A stretch of DNA of 64,000 bases from Eledone cirrhosa (lineage: Eukaryota): the NCBI GenBank assembly GCA_964016885.1, contig OZ024740.1:320912001-320976000 (forward strand), written 5' to 3'. The translations under genes were made by a program, and so were the position numbers. Below, piece by piece: positions 1-11,126 of the stretch (within the stretch, counting starts at the first letter, position 1; every line of letters starts with the position of its first letter). Under the pieces are notes generated by a model. It did no database searches and had not been told where the DNA came from. It saw only the letters and a program-made list of their open reading frames with translations.

Positions 1-38
1 AAGACGAAATGGGCACTACCAGGAAGGACACATTAGAT

Positions 39-247
39 AATTGTTTCTACGTTAGGCACAAGGCCAGCAATTATCTACTGTATTACTGGTACTTTATTTT
101 ATCGACCCCGTAAGGATGAAAGGCAAAGTTATAGATAATGTATACAGATATGTGATGCCTTAAAAAATGTAGACGGGATGGTCACAACTGGAATGCCTTT
201 GATTATGAGTCAGCTAGATCATGGCTGACTTGGGACTCTAAGCAACA
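39..247 (-). mobile_element. Truncated/composite insertion starting with the same SINE family, flanked by an 18-bp direct repeat
   Basis: 40-131 is nearly identical to 5610-5702; AGGAAGGACACATTAGAT occurs at 21-38 and 248-265. Confidence 0.65.
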
Positions 248-359
248 AGGAAGGACACATTAGATGATATACTCTTAGTTATATTATGTTTGGAGAAAAA
301 AAACCAATAGGATTGTCACGGGTGGTATGTCTGTTGAATCAGGGCTAACATGAAGTCAA

Positions 360-576
360 ATGGTTTCTAATTTAGGCAGAAGGCTATGAGTTTGTGGGGA
401 ATGGAAAATCGATTATATCGGCTTCACTATCTGACTGGTACTCCATTTTATCGACTCCGAATGATGATAGGCAAAGTTGACCTCGACAAGATTTGAACTC
501 AGAACGTAAAGAGCCATAACTAAATGTCACAAAGCATTTTGTCGGGCGCTCTATAGATTCTGCTAAGCCACCGCCC
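360..576 (-). mobile_element. tRNA-derived SINE, same family as 5612-5794
   Basis: CTGGTACTCCATTTTATCGAC..GGCAAAGTTGACCTCG..ATTTGAACTCAGAACGTAAAG..CCACCGCCC. Confidence 0.8.
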
Positions 577-879
577 TTTTAAACTGGAGTTAAATAACCA
601 CAGGGACTCCTTAAATAATATAGTTCTAGATACACCGACTGAAAATAAATAGACCGTGTGGTCACTTTTGGAACCGCTATCATCATAAGTTTGCTGGAAC
701 AGGATACATTAGCTATTGTAGCGCTAGATATATTATACGCTCCAGTCATTATCATCTCGTTTTGTATACAATGGATTAAATTATCTAATTTGTTTTTCAC
801 ACGGAAGGGATATTATTTAAGGGAATTTTAGCTGCTATTTTTAGCACGCTAAGTGACTGTGTAGAGGTTACCACATTAG

Positions 880-1144
880 GTAGTAGTACTAGTAGTAGTA
901 GGAAGAGGGGGAGGTACAAGGAGAGAAAAAGGTGGAATTCCAAATGAGCGTCGGGTAAAGCCTGTAACAAGAGAGAAGGAGAAAGAAACAGATAAAGAGA
1001 AAAGGCAAAGACAGAAATAAAAATAAAGGAGGGGGAGAGAGGGAGAGAGATAGACAGAGAGGAAGTTAATGAAAAAAGAAAGGAGTGGGAGAAAAAGAAA
1101 GGGGGGAGAGGTTATCACGTGATCGGCGGCTGAAAGGAGGTAAG
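880..1144 (+). promoter_or_regulatory. Probable promoter/5' UTR of Raf: GA-rich purine tract, palindromic E-box ATCACGTGAT (1114-1123), YY1-type AAGATGGCG over the start codon
   Basis: Motifs read directly just upstream of exon 1, with local CpG enrichment. Function is inferred. Confidence 0.5.
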
Positions 1145-1252
1145 ATGGCGGTGTCTGAATCAACAGTCCAAAATGGTGATATTACGACGTTTGGGGAGAA
1201 TACTAACATTGATGATGACGATGACTATGACCAAGATACAATACTGGAAGAG
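1145..1252 (+). CDS. BRAF: Raf (B-Raf-type) serine/threonine kinase, coding exon 1 (MAVSESTVQNGDITTFGENTNIDDDDDYDQDTILEE)
   Basis: ATG in the context AAGATGGCG, 36 codons, phase-0 donor GAG|GTAGGC. It splices in frame to the 58211 exon, giving ..ILEE|LKNIRNVIRLT, which parallels human BRAF ..PEE|[11 protein letters not shown] at the exon 1/2 junction (human sequence recalled from memory). Confidence 0.8.
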
Positions 1253-1534
1253 GTAGGCCGCCCTTACATTTACACATATTTTTCTGTTTCCTCCATGGTA
1301 CAACCATTTGTTATTTTAGTGTGGCTATTAATGTTATTGTTGTTATTATTTTCGCCCTAAATGTCGGAAGTAGGGGGTTCCCCCCGTTTTCCATTCAGAT
1401 CGATCTTATAAAGCAGTTGATTCTAGCTGATCAATAAATGTTGTAGACCAACGTTAATTTAACACGGTTATGTTAATGATAAAACATATTAATTGAAATA
1501 AAATACTAAGAAACAAGAGCTTCCTAAAGTAACT

Positions 1535-1697
1535 TTGTGTGTGCGTGTCTTATGTGTGTGTATATATACACATACTATATATATATAACCATGTATATAT
1601 ATATATACACATACGATGTATATATATATATATACACAATATATATACACATACGATGTATATATATATATATATATATATACATACGATGTATATA

Positions 1698-1734
<37 letters not shown>

Positions 1735-1752
1735 TATATATACACATACGAT

Positions 1753-1805
<53 letters not shown>

Positions 1806-1883
1806 CACTATATATATATACACATACGATGTATATATATATATATATATATATATACACTATATATATATACACATACGATG

Positions 1884-1923
<40 letters not shown>

Positions 1924-2045
1924 TACAATGTATATATATATACACACACAATGTATATATACACACATATAATGTATATATATATATATATACACACATG
2001 CAATATATATATGTAGCATATATCGTATATATGTGTGCATTGTAT
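1535..2045. repeat. Compound (TA)n/(CA)n microsatellite with recurring CATACGATG and CACTA interruptions
   Basis: Read directly; source of the YI-rich ORFs on both strands. Confidence 0.97.
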
Positions 2046-2329
2046 ATCATATATTAATTTAGTATAATAAATTATATATCATATATTAATTATTGATATA
2101 GTATAATATACTTTGTATATGATATATGTTAATTATTAATATAGTATAATAATTATTTTGTGTATGATATATATTATTCGTCTAGATAATTCCATTGAAT
2201 GTGATATATGAAGTTTATGGATATAAATATATAGGCATTTTACATATGTATTATAATATATATTATGCTATAATAATATATATTATGTACATCGCTCGCG
2301 TGTGTGTATATTACTCTGATAATATATGT

Positions 2330-2435
2330 GAAAGCGCATGGTCTAGTGGTTAAGGTGTTAGATACACGATTATAAAGTCGCTTCCCCGATTCCACGTTGT
2401 GTTCTTGAGTAAGACACTTCATTTCATGTTGCTTT
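2330..2435 (+). mobile_element. Truncated tRNA-head SINE (second family)
   Basis: GCGCATGGTCTAGTGGTTAAGG..TTGTGTTCTTGAGTAAGACACTTCATTTCA, similar to the 2592 copy. Confidence 0.7.
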
Positions 2436-2543
2436 TCATGATAGGATTTGGACCTCTATCATTAAAACACAAGAAACCATCTTGATATGTAATCTCGTAG
2501 GAGGTCAGCTAAACCTGCATAGGTGTTAGCTGTAAAAAATACC

Positions 2544-2591
<48 letters not shown>

Positions 2592-2593
<2 letters not shown>

Positions 2594-2905
2594 AGGCGCA
2601 TGGCTTAGTGGTTAGAGCATTGGGCTTGCAATCGAAAGGTTGTGAGTTCAATTCTCAGACCGGGTGATGTGTTGTTTCCTTGAGCAAGACACTTTATTTC
2701 ACATTATCCAGTTTACTCAGCTATAGAAATGAGATGATAGGACTGGGTCCGTATCATTCCACTGCAAAGTGGTTGTGGTGGTGCCACGGCAGAAAAGCAC
2801 CCAGCCCACACTGTAAAGTGGACATGTAGGCGCCACGGAAAAAAAAAAGCACCCAGCACTCACTGTAAATGAGGTTGGTGTTAGGAAGGGCATCCAGCTG
2901 CAAAA
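2592..2905 (+). mobile_element. tRNA-head SINE (second family) joined to the GGTTGGTGTTAGGAAGGGCATCCAGCTG module
   Basis: A-box TGGCTTAGTGG, B-box GAGTTCAATTC, CORE-like CCTTGAGCAAGACACTT; near-identical copy at 54928-55238. Confidence 0.85.
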
Positions 2906-3407
2906 ACATTGCCATTGTATGTGTGTGTGTATATATATATATATATTAACCCTGTTGTCACAAACTAAGTTACTACTGAATTGGAGCTACTGTCTTCCAG
3001 ATGGTTCTGGGGCCATGTCTTGCACTCCAGTTTTATTGTTTCTACAGCTGGATGCCCATCCTGCCAACAACCACTTTACAGAGTGTACTGTATACATTTT
3101 ACTATGGCATCAAGAGTAGTGAGGTTCTTGTGTCATAGACACAACTGAGACAGGGCCTATGAGATGGAGGGGGAGGGGAGTCCAGCTGGTAGTTTGTTCT
3201 GGGGCCCAAAAGCTAAGAAGGCCCCACAGCAACCATTCATCCATTTTGAGAAAAATCTTTGCCTGCTTCGGACCCCAAAGGGGTCTTGTACCGCCTTGCA
3301 CAATTCTCTTGGAGGCCCTGACTGAAGAGACCTAACAACTCTGTTTTGCATGGTTTCTACAGCTGAATTTACTAACCCCCCCCCCCCCCCCCCCCCCTCT
3401 CTCTCTA

Positions 3408-3484
3408 TATTGGGTGGTCAAGTATGAAATTTGTAGAAAAAAAAAACAAATTTCTACACATTTCATACTTGACGACCTAAAATA
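3408..3484. mobile_element. About 75-bp palindromic element resembling a miniature Tc1/mariner (MADE1-like architecture)
   Basis: GGTGGTCAAGTATGAAATTTGTAGAAA ... TTTCTACACATTTCATACTTGACGACC inverted arms around an A-rich spacer, flanked by TA. Confidence 0.6.
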
Positions 3485-4204
3485 TATATGTATATATATT
3501 GATCGGAGCAGTATATAAACACCCTTTTTAGGCCATCAAAGGAAACCAGGAATATACCCGCAATATGTCACACCATCCACTTCAACACCATCGCCATGAT
3601 CCCCTCCCTCTAGCTGTGCAATTTCTGTATCTCAGCCTAACTCCCACCAATGCATTCTGAAATAGTGCTGGCACAATGACAACGAGCACCCAGTCCATTC
3701 TGTAAGGTGATAGTACTGCTGTCATGACGAGAATCACCCAGTCCACTTGTAAAAGTGCGACATCACAATAAAATGCTCCCAGTACATGGTGTAAAGTAAT
3801 TGGCTTTAGGAAAGGCACCCCGCTGTAGAAACAATGCTCAGACTATACACTGGAAAATGGTTGGCATTAAGGTCATCCAGCTGTAGAAACCAAACCAAAA
3901 CAAAACGTATGAGCAGAGTCTAGTCACCTGAGTGGTCAGGCCTCAGCATGTGACAGCCATCTAACCTATGCAAGCATGGAAAATCGATGTTAAATGGTGA
4001 TGATGATAAGTGTGTGTATATATATATCATTGCTGGGTGGTGCTATTAAGTTAGACAGCCAATACTGGTTGAAACCTATCAAAGTTATACGAGCAAGACA
4101 AGGTCAGCCAACCGGACACTGCCCACAACACAACATCCAGCCTAACCCATGCTAGCGTGGAAGAACGGACGTAAAACGGTGATGATGATGATAATGATAT
4201 ATAT

Positions 4205-4475
4205 AAGAACTTGGCTGGAAGAAGTTTAGCGAGCTACTACCTTTGCTAACAACAAAAGCTTCTCTCTCAAGAGTGAAGGGTAAACTGTAAGATACCTTCG
4301 TGCAAACTGTAATGCTACATGGTAGTGATATAGCGGCCTTCACTGCAGAAGAAATGAAGTCTGTTCTAATGGGTATGTAATGTTAGTGTACATGAACGAC
4401 ATGGCATAAGTAACCTGAGAGACAAACTTGGTATAAGAAGAAATTGGATTTAGTGTGTGATAGAGAAGGCTGTGT
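4205..4475 (+). mobile_element. Degraded RTE-clade LINE fragment (region C-terminal to RT)
   Basis: Translates with frameshifts as GWKKFSELLPLLTTK..SLxVKGKL*DTFVQTVMLHGSD, an RTE-type 'LYGSETW' region. Confidence 0.7.
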
Positions 4476-4751
4476 AGGTATGAACATATTGATATTATAC
4501 GCAAATATACATGCATGTAGATATGATACGTCAAATAAAATCGTAATTCACAACATGCACAGAAATTGAAGAGAGATTGTGTTACACTCTCTTCTGTAAT
4601 CAGTAAAGTAATCCATGATACATTTAAAAAAGATGATATTATATATAAACTGCAAGTTATGAAAACGAAAAAGGAGACAATTAGCAACTGAAATATAAAC
4701 GTTATGATGCCAATATAAGCGATGTGATATAGCATACGGTCATATGTGTTA

Positions 4752-5602
4752 CTAGCAGTGGTACCCGGCGTTGCATGAGATAAGGTATTTTGGAACACGG
4801 GCCGCCAACAGACCTAATCGAGGAAAAACTGCATACCTGGACAATATGTAAAGAAAATTAACCGAATACTCTGATGGCTGGATAGTCTTTAAGATTTTCC
4901 TTGGTGAAGCAGGAAAAATGCAGATTTTCACCTAGAGGATCAAGAAAATATTTTTTTTTATGTGCATAATATGCCTTGGAATTTCGGGAAAATCGGCTAG
5001 ACGTAACACCTCCAAAAAGACCTAAAAAGCTGAAAAAAATGAAGTTTTTCACCTAGGCCATAAAAAGTTGGATTTTCTTTGCTCACGGTATGAAGAAGAG
5101 ACTGAATAATACATAGTTACAATTTCAAGGAAATTGGTCTGACGTAACGCCTCAAAAAACCCATAAAACCTGAAAAAACGAAGTTTTTCAACTAATGCAG
5201 GCCTGAGAGGATCAAAAAGTTAAATGTTTTATGTGCATAACACTCCCTGAAACATAAGTAATACACATGTAAAGTTTGAAAAAAAGCGGTTGGGTACTTC
5301 TCGAGTTTTAGGGATTCAAACTCACACACACAGGCAGACATACAGACAGATATTATAAGGGCGCGACGTTATATGTATGTATCTATCTAAAAAGAGAAAG
5401 ACTAAGAATTATAGAGAGAGATCGTTAAATCACCTAATGCGGTCCCTAGGGCATTGAAAATTTGAATTTTTTTTTTGCTCAGAACACTCCCTGAAACAAG
5501 TATTACATGTGTAAAGTTTGAAAACAGTCGTTTGGGTGCTTCTCTAGTTTTAGGGATTCAAACTCACACACAGACAGACATCCTCAGTTTTATATATATA
5601 GA
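4752..5602 (-). mobile_element. Non-autonomous Helitron, about 850 bp
   Basis: Minus strand begins a|TCTATATATATAAAACTGAGGATGTCTGTCTGTGTGTG and ends GCAACGCCGGGTACCACTGCTAG|t: TC...CTAG termini, A/T insertion site, GC-rich subterminal hairpin remnant, no TSD. Two internal duplications (about 4990-5050/5130-5190 and about 5240-5340/5483-5580). Confidence 0.8.
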
Positions 5603-5611
5603 TGATATAAT

Positions 5612-5794
5612 TGTTTCTACTTTTGGCACAAGGCCAGCAATTATCCCAGTACATTACTGGTACTTTATTTTATCGACCCCGTAAGGATGAAAGGCAAAGT
5701 TAACCTCGGCAGGAATTGAACTCAGATCGTAAAGGGACGTAACTATGCTGGAAAGCATGTCCGACCCTCTACCGATACTGCCAATTCACCGCCC
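5612..5794 (-). mobile_element. tRNA-derived SINE with central domain GCCTTTCATCCTTACGGGGTCGATAAAATAAAGTACCAG, flanked by a 19-bp TSD
   Basis: Minus-strand head GGCGGTGAATTGGCAG (A-box-like) and GAGTTCAATTCC (B-box). TATATATAGATGATATAAT at 5593-5611 and 5795-5813. Confidence 0.85.
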
Positions 5795-6089
5795 TATATA
5801 TAGATGATATAATGGATGCTAACCAGAAAGAAGTGAATCTTAAAATAAGAAATACATTATATATAAGAATATTTATGTTTAATCAAGAGCTACGAAATTT
5901 AGTAGATAAATTACATGATATTTATTCAAAGTAATCCAACTTATTTTAATAGCATGTTCAGAAAAAATATCTCTGACACATTCCTGCAGTCCTCTAATCA
6001 TTATATATTAGATTTAATGTCTATTTTCCTTGCTTGCATTAGTTACACTGGCTGTCACATGAGGCTTGCTAGGCCAGGTAACCATATCT

Positions 6090-6350
6090 TACTCATATGA
6101 TTCATTGGTTTGGACATGTGAACCGTAGTGGTGGGTGGATACATCAATGTGCCAAGATTGTAGCCCCTGGTAGATGGAGAAGGGAGTGCCCATGAAAATC
6201 CTGGGAACAGGTAATCAGGGATGATCTGGTACCTGGACCAAAACCTGTCCCTGGAACGAACACTCTGGAGAAATGCTTTGAAAGAGGCTACCAAAACATC
6301 CAATGCTTGTGGCAAGTAAAGAAGACATTAAACCAGATGATGATGATGAT
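6090..6350 (+). mobile_element. RTE-clade LINE 3' end remnant
   Basis: IHWFGHVNR..GRWRRECP*KSWEQVIRDDL followed by a (GAT)n tail. Confidence 0.65.
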
Positions 6351-6859
6351 TTGTGTGTCTGAATGTCTTTCCTAATGCCAGCCACATTACAGCGTATACT
6401 GGGAGCTTTTTTCATAGCACCAGCACTACCACTTTTCAGAGTGGACTGAATGGTTTTTATTGTTGTGGTACCAGCACGGTCATCTTACAGAGTGAATTGG
6501 GTGTTTTTTGTCAAAGTACCAGCACTTTACAAGGTGGATTAGATGCCTTTGTCATGACACTACTTGTCCATCTCATTTCACTTAAGCCTAGACTGTCCAA
6601 TTTAGCTGTCTAACTATCGTATTTGTGCCAGCTTCCTAATCTGGTGCAATGTCCATGCATTTAAGATCTTTGTTGTGATTTTAGTGTTGAAGATCTTGTG
6701 CAGTGAGACTCCAACTTCAGTTGCTGTTGAAGAACAGGATTTCAACTGTTGCAGCAGCTCAACAGTGTTGCGCTATGCTCAGACAGCAGTAACACAAAGT
6801 GCAGAGTGTACTATTGGATGTAGAATAAGGTAATGGAACAATGACCATGGAACCTAATT

Positions 6860-8345
6860 TATCGAAATAAGGTCGCAAATAACAGAAGTGAACAGGCCAA
6901 AACAGCAGAAGAGAGAACAAATTTCTGCTATATACCAGACATTATACTGTCTGGTAAAGTAGAGCTACAAGATTGAGAAAAGAGAGTGAGTACAAAGAAA
7001 GGGGCAAGAAGCAGAAGATGCAGGTAGCAGAAATGACACAAAGATGCTGTACAACATTGTCAGAAAGCTCACCAGTTCAAAATGCAACAGCTGTGTACTA
7101 GTCAAAGACAAACTTACAAAAATCCTAACAGAAGAAAAACAAAAAAAATGGTTGGAGACCTTGAATCAGCTAGATCCAGCTGATCTCCCCCAAGGGACCT
7201 TGAATTGGCTAGATCCAGCTCATCTCCTCCAAGAGACCTTGAATCAGCTAGATCCAGATGATCTCCAAGTAAGAATTGGCAATATCACAGAGGAGGAAAT
7301 ACAAGTACCAGGAAACTAAAGAACAACAAAACTGCTGCTGCTGGTTGTGATCAAATTTAAACTTAAATCTTGAAGTGTGGTGGAAAAGAAATATGGCTGA
7401 GAAACCTGCTCAACAGATGCTAACTACAACAGAAAGATTGGAAGAGAGGGGTTATTGTGAAGCTTTGAAAGAAAGGAAACCTGGGAGACTACAACAACTG
7501 GAGAGGAATTACATTGCTCTCCATATCAGGAAAATAGGGAATTGATGAAACAGTGTGAGAAGAACAAACAGGGTTTCATTGTACTAAACAAATATCATGG
7601 AACAGTGCATTGAGTTCCAGCAGGTCCTGCCAGTCAACTTCGTGGACTTCAAAAAGGCTTTTAATAGCATCCATTGGCAATCTCTGGTAGATTGTTCAAG
7701 TCTATGGTGTCTCCCAACAGTACTTCAACATCTTCAGAAACTTTATAAAAGCTCAAGCTGCTGTGTCAGGACAAATTCTGGTCATACTGACAACTTTAAC
7801 ATCACCAATTGTGTCTGTCAGGGCTGCATCCTCTAATTACCAGCAGGATACATCGGGTCCTGAGTTAGCTTTGAAAAGACCAAAGTGATGTCACTATTTA
7901 CCTACCCCCTAATATGTTCATCAGACAGCAGGTTGTGAAAGATGTGGACAATTTCTGCTATCTTGGCAGTGTGATCAGAAGTGATATAGAATTGGTCTGG
8001 CAGGAGCCATATTCTAATGACTGCACCAAAGCTGGACTATATTAAGTATCAGAACTAAAATAAGGATCAAACTTTTTAGTGCACTAATTTTACCAGCCGT
8101 TTTGTATGGCAGTGAAATTTGGAAGGTGCTGAATACAAAAGAGCTGAATACTTTCCATCCACATTGCTTATGGAAAATCCTCAAGGTCACTTGGGAAGAC
8201 AGTCACAAATGAAAAAATTAATTTGCAAAGCAAGTTCCAGCCACTGCAAAACAACGTGTTTTGTCAGTTTCACTTGGTATATCACATTTTATTCCTGCCA
8301 GCAGCTTGACTTGCAATGACTACAATATCATGGACACCGGAGGAG
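6860..8345 (+). mobile_element. Degraded, internally deleted RTE-clade LINE reverse transcriptase pseudogene
   Basis: Motifs in colinear order with stops and frameshifts: NNWRGITLLSISGK (about 7493), EQCIEFQ..NFVDFKKAFNSIH (7600-7675), VCQGCIL (7810), FCYLGSVI (7952), LYGSEIW (8102), FHPHCLWKILKVTWED (8150). No YADD segment seen. Confidence 0.88.
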
Positions 8346-8894
8346 GGACTGACCCATGAACACCTGATGCCAAAGAAGCACAGTTTACCCATCTGATTAT
8401 GTACCAGACGCTCAAATGTAGCATGGCGTAGTAAGCGCTGTCAAAATGAGGTGTACCAAGAAGAAGGTGTTGCTACAGACAGTAATATGGGAAAGGTTAT
8501 TTCCATTGACATTCTATCTAGCAAGCCAGACAGTGACCAGCTGGTATGTATTACACCAAGAAATAAGTGGCAATGTATTACTCTGACTCATGGGTTACTT
8601 ACTGCCATCACTTAAGATTGCTTGATTGCTAACTTTTCACCATTCTAAACACATGTTGGAGTGACTTTGTTACCAACATTGAAGTTCTTGAACAAGGAAA
8701 GGTCACTAGCATTGAGACGATGGGTAGGGTGTTTCCTGGATAGAGAATCAGTACTTAGGAAACAGTAATCAGGACCATTTTCACAAATGGAAGACAGAAA
8801 GCTGAATTAAATGCAAGAATTGCTGGAGCTGGTCATCAGAGAAGGGAGATAGGTCTAAAAACTTAATTTGCTCTCTTCAATTTGGTGTTCTTGC

Positions 8895-9022
8895 TTACTC
8901 ATATCTATAAATCTTGGGTAATGACCGAAAGAATACAATCGCAAATATAGGCGTCTGAAGGGTCTTTGAAGTAGCGTTACTCGATAAGATGCATAGCTCG
9001 GAGATCAGGATGTCACTACAGC
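8895..9022 (+). mobile_element. Short RTE-clade LINE fragment
   Basis: SWVMTERIQSQI*ASE..LLDKMHSSEIRMSL, an RTE C-terminal motif. Confidence 0.55.
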
Positions 9023-9049
9023 TGGCAAGCTAGTCTTCTTCAGTACTGC

Positions 9050-9278
9050 ATGTTGCCAATTCTCATAGTCTCTTGACATCTCTATCCTGAGATTCAGCTT
9101 CCTAAGGTTGGTCTTCTCTACTTCATCCTATGTCTTCCTAGGTCTACTTCCGCAGGTCCCATCTGTTGAGATTTCCCCACATTTCGTTATACAGCTGTCA
9201 TCTTTTATATACATTTCATGTCCATACTAATGTTGTCTTCTCTCTTGTACACTGCATCATACCCCATTTCTGCCTCCT
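9050..9278 (-). mobile_element. RTE-clade LINE 3' fragment, abutting the 50-bp minisatellite
   Basis: Reverse complement resembles the RTE 3' ends at 10783-11125 and 53900-54150 (GTCGSRPRKT*DEVEKTNLRKL). Confidence 0.65.
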
Positions 9279-9860
9279 TCCAGTACCTCCCCAGTGGAGG
9301 TTGTTTGGGTGAGCTGTCTATGATTCCTTCCAATACCTCCCCAGTTGTTTGGGTGAGCTGTCTGTCTCCTCCCAATATCTCCCCAGCTGAGGTTGTTTGG
9401 GTGAACTGTCTATGATTCCTTCCAATACCTCCCCAGTTGTTTGGGTGAGCTGTCTTCCTTCTAATACCTCCCCATTTGAGGTTGTTTGGGTGAGCTGTCT
9501 GTGTCTCCTTCCAATACCTCCCCAGCGGGGGTTGTTTGGGTGAGCTGTCTGTCTCCTTCCAATACCTCCCCAGTGGAGGTTGTTTGGGTGAGCTGTCTGT
9601 GTCTCCTTCGAATATCTTCCTAATCTTCCTAGTGGAGGTTGTTTGGGTGAGTTGTCTATAATTCCTTCCAATACCTCCCCAGTGGAGGTTTTTTGGGTGA
9701 GCTGTATGTCTCCTCCCAATACCTCCCCACTTGAGGTTGTTTGGGTGAGCCATCTGTCTCCTTCCAATACCTCCCTGTGGAGGTTGCTTGGTTGAGCCGT
9801 CTGCGTCTTCTTCCAATATCTTTCCAGTTGAAGTTGTTTGTCTGAATAATCTGTTTGTCT
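9278..9860. repeat. Minisatellite, 44-50-bp unit CCAATACCTCCCCAGTGGAGGTTGTTTGGGTGAGCTGTCTGTGTCTCCTT, about 12 copies
   Basis: Tandem copies read directly; they account for the repetitive minus-strand ORFs 9205-9969 and 9318-9869. Confidence 0.95.
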
Positions 9861-9971
9861 CCAAGTCATTCCTGGTCGTTATCATTACATCCATTCTTTT
9901 GAGTCTCTCATCTTTTCCTACCCTCTTACGAGTGCTATATGTGTAGTTGCTATCCTCATATTCTTGCATCA

Positions 9972-10250
9972 GCCCTTCCTGGAGGTCACCTGTCTTTCCA
10001 GATTCACCAAACTTCCTCGGTGGTTATCCAACCCTTCCTCGGTTGTCATCTAACACTTCCTGAAAGTCACCTGACTTTCCATGGTCACTAAACTTTCTTG
10101 GTTGCCATCTAGTCCTTCCTGGAGGTCGCCTACTTTTCCAGATTCACCAAACTTCCTTGGCCATCATCCAACGTTTCTTGGAGGTCACCTGTCTTTCCAC
10201 AGTCACCAAATTTCCTCGGTTGTCATCTAGTTTTTCTTGAAAGTCACTGG
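9972..10250. repeat. Diverged tandem repeat, about 59-60-bp unit built from about 20-bp subunits (CTTCCTGGAGGTCACCTGTCTTTCCAGATTCACCAAACTTCCTCGG...), 4-5 copies
   Basis: Recurring TTCCT..GTCACC / TTTCCA..TCACCAAA / TTCCTCGGTTGTCATC motifs. Confidence 0.8.
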
Positions 10251-10782
10251 TTGTCCAGAAATGTATAAAAATAATTAAACATTGTTTCACATTCATTTAC
10301 CTTTAGTGAATATAACCTTGGTCAGAAAGAGTTAATGTCATCAGAGGTTTTTCTGGGTTCAGTAGGTGTTTTGATCTTGAACCGTAACCTTCTGTTGGTG
10401 TTCAAATCACTGGCGTTTATCTTACCTTCTCTTTCCTGCACTATAACTAACAAGAGGCTTTTTCCTCTGTCACCATCTTTTTATCCCAGTACACTTTGTC
10501 AAGTGATTGGAGATAAGAAGGGCATCTGGCTGTAGAAACTGTGAAAACTGCAACATTTGTAAGCAAGATGTGTTCCCTCCATCTGTTTGTTTAGATGGAC
10601 AGTAACTCTAATTAAGTACACTTGGTGTGTGATGGCTCCTCCAAACCATGCCAGTATGTAAAAAAATGGACGTTAAATGATGATGATGTGTGTGTTTATG
10701 TTCTACCATCTAATATCTTGCCACATTGTGCAATATCTTCCATTTATATACATGTATATATGTGTACACACACATACACACA

Positions 10783-11126
10783 CGGATGTGCAATGTCAAT
10801 GAGCCTGAACGACCAAGCATGGATGAGTTGAGGGAGAAACTGGGTATAAGAAGGATAAGTTGTGGTGTGCAGGAGAGAAGACTGAGATGGTATGGACATG
10901 TGATGTGCATGGAGGATGACTTCTGGGTAAAGAAGTGTCAAGAAATCCCAGTAGAAGGAAGACGCAGTAGAGGAAGATCACGAAAAATATAGGCGGAGGT
11001 GGTGAGAGCAGACCTCAGATTGCTCAAACTCTCGGAGGAGATGGCGAAGGACTGTGATAAGTGCTGAATAGGACCCATCCCACCCTTGCAAGCAGGGAAA
11101 AGCGGACATAAAATGATGATGATGAT
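10783..11126 (+). mobile_element. 5'-truncated RTE-clade LINE 3' end with (GAT)n tail
   Basis: ELREKLGIRRISCGVQERRLRWYGHVMCM..VEGRRSRGRSRKI*AEVVRADL, the RTE 'RLRWxGHV..GRP' terminus. Confidence 0.88.

Noticed and set aside
1085-1360. 91-aa ORF with a hydrophobic C-terminus as a single-exon membrane protein
   Set aside because: It starts at a GTG; the likely start is the ATG at 1145, and the hydrophobic tail is T-rich intron sequence after the donor at 1253.
1489-2057. YI/IY-rich ORFs on both strands
   Set aside because: They are translations of the (TA)n microsatellite.
2592-2665. tRNA genes here and at 54928
   Set aside because: A and B boxes are present, but no convincing cloverleaf was found and the sequence continues into a SINE body.
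6860-8345. Functional reverse transcriptase linked to the array (retron- or DGR-like system)
   Set aside because: Multiple stops, frameshifts and no catalytic YADD segment; it is an ordinary dead RTE LINE with no visible sequence relation to the monomer.
9205-9969. 254-aa minus-strand ORF, the longest in the track
   Set aside because: It is mostly the 50-bp minisatellite read through shifting frames plus RTE remnant, with no recognisable domain.
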